DNA of 24,204 nt from an uncultured archaeon (lineage in GTDB: Archaea; Asgardarchaeota; Lokiarchaeia; Sigyniarchaeales; Promethearchaeaceae), in NCBI GenBank assembly GCA_964426185.1, contig CAYRPF010000048.1, positions 1 to 24,204 on the forward strand. Direction: 5' to 3'. How positions within the stretch are numbered: the first letter of the stretch is position 1; every line of letters begins with the position of its first letter. The translations under genes and the position numbers were made by a program. Below are positions 8,929-16,830 of the stretch, in pieces. The notes beneath the pieces are model-generated. The model was given only the letters and a program-made list of their open reading frames with translations. It made no database searches and was not told the DNA's origin.

Positions 8929-11287
8929 ATTCATTATTCAATTGAAATCGATTTTCTGCTGATGCACGGATTTGATCTTCCTTAGATTTTAATTCCAACA
9001 AGTGAACGAAATATTTTTCATAATTTTCTTTTATGACGGGAAAAATAATACCCTGTTTAATTTCCTCCCATTGTTCTAAAGTGCGTAATCCATCAAAACC
9101 AAAAGAAATCATCCAAAAAGATGCGGGTGTTAAATTCATTTCATCAATCATTTGATACATATTTTGCAAAGTTGTTTGATCGATTTCAAATTTTGGGGAT
9201 TCTTGGTCTAACGAGGCTAAATTATCTGTTAAAATAAAGAAATAAGCAGCTTCTTCATCTAAACATACAATTCCTGCGATTTTTCCTTTCGAAAATACGG
9301 GGTTGCCATAGATGTTTTGTGCGATCTCTAAGACACTATTAATGTTAGAATTCGTGAAAAATTGTAGAATTTTCGAGTTTCCAAAGTAACGAATTTCAAT
9401 CCATTGTTCTTTTTCTAATTCTGGAAATTGCATATTTTCCCGCTTTTTTTGGTGGATGTCCATCAACTTTTGCAATTCTTCTGGTGGTAGTATTAATTCT
9501 GGTTCAAAAACATTTCTTTCAAACCCGTTCGCCTCAAAATCGCAAATTCCTAAGAATAAATGATTGTTATTTCGAATACGGATGAAGGCATTTTGCAGAA
9601 AAACTTCAAAATCTTCAAGGGATTCAATTTCCCTTTCTTGAAGTGCAACAAAATCTTCAAATTGATCGCTTAAATCAGAGTCTTTGTAAAATGTTCCCCA
9701 CATTTGAGTACCTTTGATTTCAGGAACCATCCAGAGGTTTTTGCCCGTTCCAATACTTACAATGACTGTTGAACCCCCAATAGCCATTCCATCTTTTGAT
9801 GCTTTTGAAATTAATGATAGTGGTGGATAATAAATCCGGCTCACTGCTTGATCTTCTTGAGCTAATTCATCTAATTGGGATAATGCTTTCAAGGATGCTT
9901 CTAAATCTTCAAACATTTCATTTTTGGACATTAATGAAGTGTTAATTAACTGCCCCGATTCTTTGCTAATTTCTTCCGAATATTGTTGTAATACTGTATC
10001 AATTTCATCAGGATTTATTATGACTTTACCTTCTTTATCGAATAACTGCAATTTTTCTGCAGATGGGCTGAAAATATCTTGATAATCTTCTCCAGTTTCT
10101 AAACTATCATCTTTATGAATTTCTTTTATTATTGGTTTAGAAAGATTCAGTTTGGGTTTTTCGAGTGAAATTTTCTCTAATGGAGTGGTTGTCTTATTTT
10201 CTTGTTGAAGGTTAGTGCTTTGGGGTGACTCATTAATTGTTGTGGGTTTTGAAGATGATTTAGCATCTTCATGGGATTCAGCACTCAAAATGGCACTGTA
10301 ATTTGAAATTGTCGGTTTAGGTGATTGTTTTTCAAGTTTAAGAAGTTCCTCTGGACTTAATTTTCGTTTTTCTTCTTTTTCGGGGGGAATCATCGTTAAA
10401 AAGGGCGCAGGAAGTTCTATAGTCTGAACAGGAAGAGGTTTTTCAAAAATCATTGCTTGAAGGTATTGCTGGTATAATCTAACAGGTTTTGCATATTGAG
10501 GTAGCATTTCTACGGCTTTCCATATAATATTTCCATGAAAGCTTAAACTAAAAAGTGAATTAATTCCATAATTGAATTCAAATCCTGCTATTGGAAGAAA
10601 TTCTTGCTTTTTCATTAAGTTGATTAAGATATCTCGCCCTCGCTTATCGAGTACCAAATTGTTTTGTTCTTTTTGCTTACTTATATTTTGGGAAAGAATT
10701 GTGAAATTTAATATATTCTCTTTAAGGCCAACAACACCATGCAAAGATCCATGAAAATATGAAGACAATTGAGCAATTTGGACTTGGTTTGAATGAAGAA
10801 AGCTAAAAAATTTTTCACCTACTCCCAAGAAATCTGTATTGATATAAAATTGGTCAAGAATTATGGGAGATTTAGATTGTTTATGATAATTTATAAGGAG
10901 ATTGCTGAAATATTTCTTGCGTCGTTTAAAAAACCCCCAATCTTCCAAGATTTGAGAATCTAACGGTTGGTCGGTAAAAGTTAAAATACCCAGAAAGATG
11001 TAACCACGTGCCATAATATATCTCAAACCTTGAATGATTTGATCTCCCATTTTAAGAATTGACATGTTATCGAGATTCTCTGAAATAGAAATTTGAATAC
11101 GATCTAATGGGACATTATTATGGTATTGGCTCCAAAAAGAAATCCAAACGGAAGGATAGATAATTTCTTGAACACACACCAAATTTTTATCTTGATCAAC
11201 TGCAATCATAAGGGAATTAAGGCGAATAGAATTGATTTGCTCATTACTAAGATTAAACAATAACGGTGGTGGATAATATAATTTCAC
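8927..11287 (-). CDS. Uncharacterised protein with two copies of an unknown ~290-aa 'YxPP' domain separated by a low-complexity linker; paralog of 11328-13214
   Basis: GTG start with AGGAG upstream. Domain starts 'MKLYYPP' (aa 1) and 'RIYYPP' (aa 484). S/T/K/E/P-rich linker at about aa 290-450. Confidence 0.85.
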   Translation of the reverse strand: MKLYYPPPLLFNLSNEQINSIRLNSLMIAVDQDKNLVCVQEIIYPSVWISFWSQYHNNVPLDRIQISISENLDNMSILKMGDQIIQGLRYIMARGYIFLGILTFTDQPLDSQILEDWGFFKRRKKYFSNLLINYHKQSKSPIILDQFYINTDFLGVGEKFFSFLHSNQVQIAQLSSYFHGSLHGVVGLKENILNFTILSQNISKQKEQNNLVLDKRGRDILINLMKKQEFLPIAGFEFNYGINSLFSLSFHGNIIWKAVEMLPQYAKPVRLYQQYLQAMIFEKPLPVQTIELPAPFLTMIPPEKEEKRKLSPEELLKLEKQSPKPTISNYSAILSAESHEDAKSSSKPTTINESPQSTNLQQENKTTTPLEKISLEKPKLNLSKPIIKEIHKDDSLETGEDYQDIFSPSAEKLQLFDKEGKVIINPDEIDTVLQQYSEEISKESGQLINTSLMSKNEMFEDLEASLKALSQLDELAQEDQAVSRIYYPPLSLISKASKDGMAIGGSTVIVSIGTGKNLWMVPEIKGTQMWGTFYKDSDLSDQFEDFVALQEREIESLEDFEVFLQNAFIRIRNNNHLFLGICDFEANGFERNVFEPELILPPEELQKLMDIHQKKRENMQFPELEKEQWIEIRYFGNSKILQFFTNSNINSVLEIAQNIYGNPVFSKGKIAGIVCLDEEAAYFFILTDNLASLDQESPKFEIDQTTLQNMYQMIDEMNLTPASFWMISFGFDGLRTLEQWEEIKQGIIFPVIKENYEKYFVHLLELKSKEDQIRASAENRFQLNNE

Positions 11288-11327
11288 TAAACATCTCCTT
11301 CTTTAGACTTATTATATTTGTATTTCC

Positions 11328-13214
11328 TTAATAAATTCGGTATTGATCTTCCTTACTTTTTTGGACTATTAAGGCTTTCATATATTTTTGATATTTTTCA
11401 AGCACAATCTGCAAAGAATCATAAATCATTGCTCCTTTCCAATAAGGGTGATTTTTTAGTGATGATAATCCTAAGCTAATTTTAAACCAACAAAAAGGTG
11501 AGATATCAGAAGATTGGACATCTTCAAATAAGGTAGATAGTGTTTTTTGGTCTATTTCTCCAGAATTTTCTAAAATATTATCTGCAAGGGTATAAAAATA
11601 GGATGATTCTTGATCCACACATACAATTCCAGTAACGTATTTTCCGTGATAAATTGGGTTTTTTTGAATAGTTTCTGCAATATCTAAAATGCTTGGGAAA
11701 CAATTAGGAAATGTAAAAATTCTTTTTCCTCTACCCTTCCACGTAATTTTTATATGATCGTCTTTTAATTTTGGAAATTTGCCTTGGCGAATTTTCAATC
11801 GATAGATTTCTTGTAATTGTTTCAAAATTCTATCTGGAATTTGAAGTTCATGAAATAAACTAAATTCAAAATTGTTTGCTTCTAGTTCCAACAAACCCAA
11901 AAATAATTCACTTCCATACATAATACGCTGAAATGTAGAAGTAAAAATATCCCGTAATTGAATAGGGTTTTCTAATTCAAAAAAATCTTGATCTTCTTGA
12001 ATATCATAAAAAGTTTCTTCATCAAGTTCTTGAGACTCATCATCACAAAGGAATTCTCCCCATGATACGTTTTCTCGTAAATATGAGATACAACTTATGT
12101 TTTGACCCACATCGATTGATAATAAGCTCATTGCACCCCCTATTGGTGTAAAATTTGATCGAGCTTGTGAAAAAAGTAATTTTGGGGGATTGTAGAGAAA
12201 GCTTTCTTCCACACTACTCATTTGAAGCTCGTTTAATTTATTTAATGTTGCCATTATTTGTTCTAAATCATCTTCTATCTCTTCTTCCGTGAGTTTAGAA
12301 AAATCAATAGGTTTTCCCAAATCTTCATCAAGAATTTGCTCAATGCTTTTTTTTTCACGCCAGATAATTAGTGATCGGTGATAATCTTGGTAATCTTCAA
12401 TAGCTTTTTTAAGTTCAGGTAAATCTTTAATTTCATCCCATCCATCTAGTGATTCCAATCCACTTACCCCCAAATCAATCTTAAACCATGAAATTGGAGC
12501 GGATAAAACACCTTTATTTAAAAGACGGAACATTTGGTTTAAATTCCGCCGATCAATATGAATTTGACTTCCATCGGTTTCTTTAAAAATAGTATCTGTT
12601 AGTATGATAAAATTTGCTGCACCTTGCGCCACAGCCACTATTCCTGTAACTGATCCTTCATATGGATATATCATGGCCGCAATTTCTGCCCAATCTTTTT
12701 TCTCAGATAAAGTAAAAAATTTTGATGCTTCCCCAAACCAATTAATTTCAACATATTCATTCAATCCCGAAATGCCCTTTTTTACATTAGGAAAAGTTCC
12801 TTCAAGACGGCTTTTTTTATAGAGGTTCAATAATCGGTCTTGATCTTCAATACTTAATTCCAATTCATCAAATACCGTAGATTCAAACGCATTTCCTTCA
12901 AAACTCGCAGTTCCAAAAAATATTAATCCCCGTGTGCGGATACTATCAAGTGTAAAAATTATTCTTTCTGCTAACACGCGAGGATCATATAATGCATCGG
13001 AATCTTCATACTTTACGTTAATTTTTTCAATTTGATCTGCAATAGCAGGATTATCTTTCCAAAATTCACCCAATGATAGTTCATCGAAAACAGAGGTGAT
13101 ATTGATAAAATCCTTTTCTTCTGTTATCGCTAAAATTGTCCTAGCTCCAGCCAATTCTACTGAAAATTTATCCCCCTTTGGGAGTAAAGCCGCAGGTGGA
13201 TTGTACAATCTCAT
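11328..13214 (-). CDS. Uncharacterised protein with two copies of the same unknown ~290-aa domain
   Basis: ATG with GGAG upstream. Domain starts 'MRLYNPP' (aa 1) and 'FLYNPP' (aa 339). Both copies share FxG...FExNxFE, GIVxV and WFKIxLG. Confidence 0.85.
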   Translation of the reverse strand: MRLYNPPAALLPKGDKFSVELAGARTILAITEEKDFINITSVFDELSLGEFWKDNPAIADQIEKINVKYEDSDALYDPRVLAERIIFTLDSIRTRGLIFFGTASFEGNAFESTVFDELELSIEDQDRLLNLYKKSRLEGTFPNVKKGISGLNEYVEINWFGEASKFFTLSEKKDWAEIAAMIYPYEGSVTGIVAVAQGAANFIILTDTIFKETDGSQIHIDRRNLNQMFRLLNKGVLSAPISWFKIDLGVSGLESLDGWDEIKDLPELKKAIEDYQDYHRSLIIWREKKSIEQILDEDLGKPIDFSKLTEEEIEDDLEQIMATLNKLNELQMSSVEESFLYNPPKLLFSQARSNFTPIGGAMSLLSIDVGQNISCISYLRENVSWGEFLCDDESQELDEETFYDIQEDQDFFELENPIQLRDIFTSTFQRIMYGSELFLGLLELEANNFEFSLFHELQIPDRILKQLQEIYRLKIRQGKFPKLKDDHIKITWKGRGKRIFTFPNCFPSILDIAETIQKNPIYHGKYVTGIVCVDQESSYFYTLADNILENSGEIDQKTLSTLFEDVQSSDISPFCWFKISLGLSSLKNHPYWKGAMIYDSLQIVLEKYQKYMKALIVQKSKEDQYRIY

Positions 13215-13240
13215 TCTTAATGCTCCAGTTCATGAAATAA

Positions 13241-14878
13241 CTAAAGATCGATTAAATCATAGTCAAGATCTAAACTATGAAGGATAATTTTCACTTCTTC
13301 GGATTCTTTATCCTTTAAAATAAATGGAAGTGCACTAAAATTCCTAAAATCGGGAGTTATTATTCGGATCGTATGAATTTGTTCTGAATTTTCCTTAGGG
13401 TCTGTTATAAAAATCACAGATAATTTTCCTTGGGGAGCTTCAATTGAAGAGATAACGGTTTGATTAGGAGGAAACAAGCCTTCTAAAGATTGAGTGGGAG
13501 GAACTTGGAGCATATAGTTTGATAAACCTTTCAGTAATCCAAGAATTATTTTTAAAGATTGCTCAATTTCATATCGACGAACCATACATCGAGCAAAAGA
13601 ATCCCCTTGAGATGATCCCACAATTTCCCAACTTTGTGCTACACTTCCTTGAAGATAAGATAAATAGGGATTGGATTTACGTGTATCAATAAGAACGGAA
13701 CTTGCCCGTAAAGAAGGACCGGTCAATCCCCAAAGTAAAGCGTTTGAATCAGAAATTTTGCCAATTTTACGTAAATAGACATATACTGTATTGAGATTGG
13801 TAAATTTGTGCAGTAAGCTGTGGATTTTTTGTGAAATTTCAGTTATTTGTTTCCAGTAATTTTGAGCTTCATCAGTTGGGAGATCTTTTACGGATCCTAA
13901 TGAAATTGTATTGAAAAGATATGGGTGGCCAAAATATTTTTCATTCAATTTTTCAATTTTACCAATAACATTTTTGAAACGGTGGGCAAATATGTTTAAA
14001 TTCAATAATGCGGATAAATTTGCAAACCAAATGAGATGAGAGCGAATTCGTTCTAATTCTGCTAATAGAGTCCGGATATGACTTACCTTATTGACAATAT
14101 CAATTCCTTTGATTTTTTCCAAATTTAGAAGGAAACCTAAAGTTAAATGGACATTGCTAAAAGGAGAAACCTCTTGTAAAATTGATAAGAAATCGATAAT
14201 TTTACTTGCATTTTCTAATTTCGGTTGAATTTTTTTATACTTCCATCCGGTTTGCAGAGAAACCGAGCGAATCAACCCCGATTTTGGATTCCGTGAAATT
14301 AAGTGATAATGATACTTCTGATGGATTTGGTCAAAGATTCCTCGTAAGTACGGCGCGTGTTTAATCTTTTGGCTCTCAAATTCTAAAGGAACATGCATTA
14401 TCGATTGTGAAATATCAGATACATGGTTTTGGGGAATAAAATTTAATCCTAAACGATGGAATATATTCATTTCATAATATTTTGATGGGGGAATAAGTGA
14501 TTGTATCGAAGAATGTTCTATTTTTTTATCGATTGAGACATATATTATGATTTCGGAATTCTGACGAAATTCTCCTTGAGAATACATATAAAATAATTCA
14601 ATATTTGCGTTTCCATCAGCACCAAAAATCCCTTCTAATTGATAACCTAAATTCAGCATTAATTGGGTTGTTTTGTTTATTTGCTTCGTGGAAATTTGGA
14701 ATATTGGTATATGATCGTAGTTAGAAAATTCTTGTTTTAATAAATCAACCCCAAGAATGTGTTCTAATTCTTCAAGCAATTGATTTTGATCCAATTGGAA
14801 CGATCTTGCAGGAAACTTTAACAATTCATCAGCATTTGAGAGATTTTCGCCCTCATTATGATCCCCCGTAGCATCCAT
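13241..14878 (-). CDS. NuoC-NuoD fusion / group-4 [NiFe]-hydrogenase large-subunit homolog lacking Ni-binding cysteines (HycE/Ehr-like, degenerate)
   Basis: NuoC-like 'SIQSLIPPSKYYEMNIFHRLGLNF'. NuoD/HycE-like 'LLAELERIRSHLIW', 'GLTGPSLRASS..D.RK..PY..Y', 'GDSFARCMVRRYEIEQSL', 'IEAPQG' and 'TPDFRNF'. CxxC sites read 'EVSPFS' and 'DLDYDL'. Confidence 0.85.
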   Translation of the reverse strand: MDATGDHNEGENLSNADELLKFPARSFQLDQNQLLEELEHILGVDLLKQEFSNYDHIPIFQISTKQINKTTQLMLNLGYQLEGIFGADGNANIELFYMYSQGEFRQNSEIIIYVSIDKKIEHSSIQSLIPPSKYYEMNIFHRLGLNFIPQNHVSDISQSIMHVPLEFESQKIKHAPYLRGIFDQIHQKYHYHLISRNPKSGLIRSVSLQTGWKYKKIQPKLENASKIIDFLSILQEVSPFSNVHLTLGFLLNLEKIKGIDIVNKVSHIRTLLAELERIRSHLIWFANLSALLNLNIFAHRFKNVIGKIEKLNEKYFGHPYLFNTISLGSVKDLPTDEAQNYWKQITEISQKIHSLLHKFTNLNTVYVYLRKIGKISDSNALLWGLTGPSLRASSVLIDTRKSNPYLSYLQGSVAQSWEIVGSSQGDSFARCMVRRYEIEQSLKIILGLLKGLSNYMLQVPPTQSLEGLFPPNQTVISSIEAPQGKLSVIFITDPKENSEQIHTIRIITPDFRNFSALPFILKDKESEEVKIILHSLDLDYDLIDL

Positions 14879-14881
14879 ATT

Positions 14882-15415
14882 TTATACCTCTGTGGAATTC
14901 ATTTTGATGTTAAATAAAAAATGCTTACTTTGGATAACATTCAAAATTTTACCATCAAAAATTATTTTCTTGATTTTAAGTAGAACGATCAACCCTATAA
15001 AACTTAAGATTTCTGTAGAAATTACAACTGGATTGTGAATTAATGTATTGAACCATTCTTGAAAAGTGCTATGGTAAATTTTAAATGGTACAAAAGGCCA
15101 TAACCATGGAATTTCTGGAATATCCAAGAGCAAATGAATAAAAATCCCCATTGCTGTCGATGTAGTGATAGATCGGATAGGTTTGTAAAAAAAAAATACC
15201 CCTATTAAAACAATCCAAAGTAGAGGTGCATGAGCTACTCCTCTCCCGCTGAAAATATCTGGAAAAGTTAAGGAAAGAGGTTTGTCAATTAGATCTGGTA
15301 GCAATCCGCCTAGAACCAGCCAGAAACGCGAAATCTTCCGCTCGAATTCCTTGTTTTTTAGAATAATTAATTCTAATATTAATAATGGAACGAAAATATG
15401 AGTTAAAACGAACAT
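14882..15415 (-). CDS. Membrane-bound metal-dependent hydrolase (YdjM/DUF457-like)
   Basis: 'LTH', 'GGLLPDLIDKP', 'GRGVAH' and 'HLLLD' motifs within hydrophobic helices; AGGAG upstream of ATG. Confidence 0.85.
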   Translation of the reverse strand: MFVLTHIFVPLLILELIILKNKEFERKISRFWLVLGGLLPDLIDKPLSLTFPDIFSGRGVAHAPLLWIVLIGVFFFYKPIRSITTSTAMGIFIHLLLDIPEIPWLWPFVPFKIYHSTFQEWFNTLIHNPVVISTEILSFIGLIVLLKIKKIIFDGKILNVIQSKHFLFNIKMNSTEV

Positions 15416-15429
15416 TGTTTATTATTCTC

Positions 15430-16749
15430 CTATATTATCACTAAAAAAGCGAGAAAGAACATCCCAACAAGTAAACTTGCAAATCCCAAAGCATTCAGTA
15501 CCATCCGCATGATTGAACGGTCCAATTCGATCCACCATCCCATTTTTTTCAGAGATTTTTCTAAATTAAAAACGGAAACTTGATCCTTTTGTTGGTCTAA
15601 GCTATTTAGCTTTTTTATAACATCGATATTCATGTCAGGATGAAGTGCTTTGAGAATTGACAATTTTGCACAGAGTTGAACTGCAGCAATAGAACTTCCA
15701 GAAAACTCTGCTTTATCATTAATTTTACCATAATCATAGAAAATCGGTTGAATTCTACTTTTTTTCCCATTGTTTGGATTATTACGGCTAGAATAAAATG
15801 CGATTTGTTTTTGTGAGTTAATTGCACCCACGGATAAAACATTCAGTAATTTGGCAGGATATCCCATTGATTTAGCTTCTGGTCCAAAATTTCCCGCAGC
15901 GCAAACAATAATTATATTCATCTGAACAAGTTTTTCAATTAAAGGGAAAAATAATGTGTCATATCCTTCTACAGGTCCAGTAGAAGCGGGAATTAGTACA
16001 AATTGTAGTTGATTCTCTTCTTTTTGGGATACTGTATCTTCATACAATACTTCCAATAATAACAATAACTTCGACAAATTTGCACATCCATATTGATCAA
16101 ATAGTTTGTAACTATGGAGAATTATTTGAGGACGGGAAATTGACAGCGAATTCTGGCTTGATTCATTATTTGAATTAAATAAAATCTTTCTTGATAGTAG
16201 TTGAGTAATGTAGGTACCATGACCATTCAAATCTTCCGATGATTCGTTTGTAGTATTAATTTTGTGAATGACTTGGATATTGGGATGTTGTTCGTTTTTA
16301 TTTATGCCCGTATCAAACAGTGCGATGGAAATTTTCCTTTTTTCTAAAAATGGAAGAATTTGCTGATATTGTTTTGGTTCTGAAGGTGATGAAGGTTCAG
16401 CTTCTTCATTACATAAATATAAAGGCAGATCCCAATATATGTTTGAAATTTTTGGATATTTCATTAAATTTTTTATTTTTTCAAATGGAATTTTGACAGA
16501 AATCCAGTTTTTTCCCGATATGCTTGTATCTTCAATGTTAATCTTATTTTCTTCTAATATATTTTTAATTTCTTTAAATATTTGATTATTCCCACTTGAA
16601 GCTTGAAATTGAACAATAGATTTTATAGGTTGCCGATAGAATGCTTGTAAAGATTCCTTGTTACCTGGTAAATACTTGTTTTTTAAGCAAAATTGCATAA
16701 ATAGATGTTTTTGCTGTTGAATGATTTGGAATCTTCGGGCTACATCCAT
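15430..16749 (-). CDS. Divergent S8 (subtilisin-like) serine peptidase with C-terminal TM helix
   Basis: Asp 'LFDTGI', His 'DLNGHGT', oxyanion Asn 'AAGNFG', 'YPA...VLSVGA' and Ser 'FSGSSIAA'. The N-terminal ~110 aa are propeptide-like; hydrophobic C-terminus 'VLNALGFASLLVGMFFLAFLVII'. Confidence 0.8.
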   Translation of the reverse strand: MDVARRFQIIQQQKHLFMQFCLKNKYLPGNKESLQAFYRQPIKSIVQFQASSGNNQIFKEIKNILEENKINIEDTSISGKNWISVKIPFEKIKNLMKYPKISNIYWDLPLYLCNEEAEPSSPSEPKQYQQILPFLEKRKISIALFDTGINKNEQHPNIQVIHKINTTNESSEDLNGHGTYITQLLSRKILFNSNNESSQNSLSISRPQIILHSYKLFDQYGCANLSKLLLLLEVLYEDTVSQKEENQLQFVLIPASTGPVEGYDTLFFPLIEKLVQMNIIIVCAAGNFGPEAKSMGYPAKLLNVLSVGAINSQKQIAFYSSRNNPNNGKKSRIQPIFYDYGKINDKAEFSGSSIAAVQLCAKLSILKALHPDMNIDVIKKLNSLDQQKDQVSVFNLEKSLKKMGWWIELDRSIMRMVLNALGFASLLVGMFFLAFLVII

Positions 16750-16830
16750 GCTATTCTAATAAAATATTGATTACCATAAAAGTTAACTCACTTCGGTATC
16801 CTTTTTTTATGTGTTCAATTACATTGTTTA

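Noticed and set aside
13241-14878. Functional [NiFe]-hydrogenase
   Set aside because: Both CxxC motifs are absent, and no small subunit or maturation genes are nearby.
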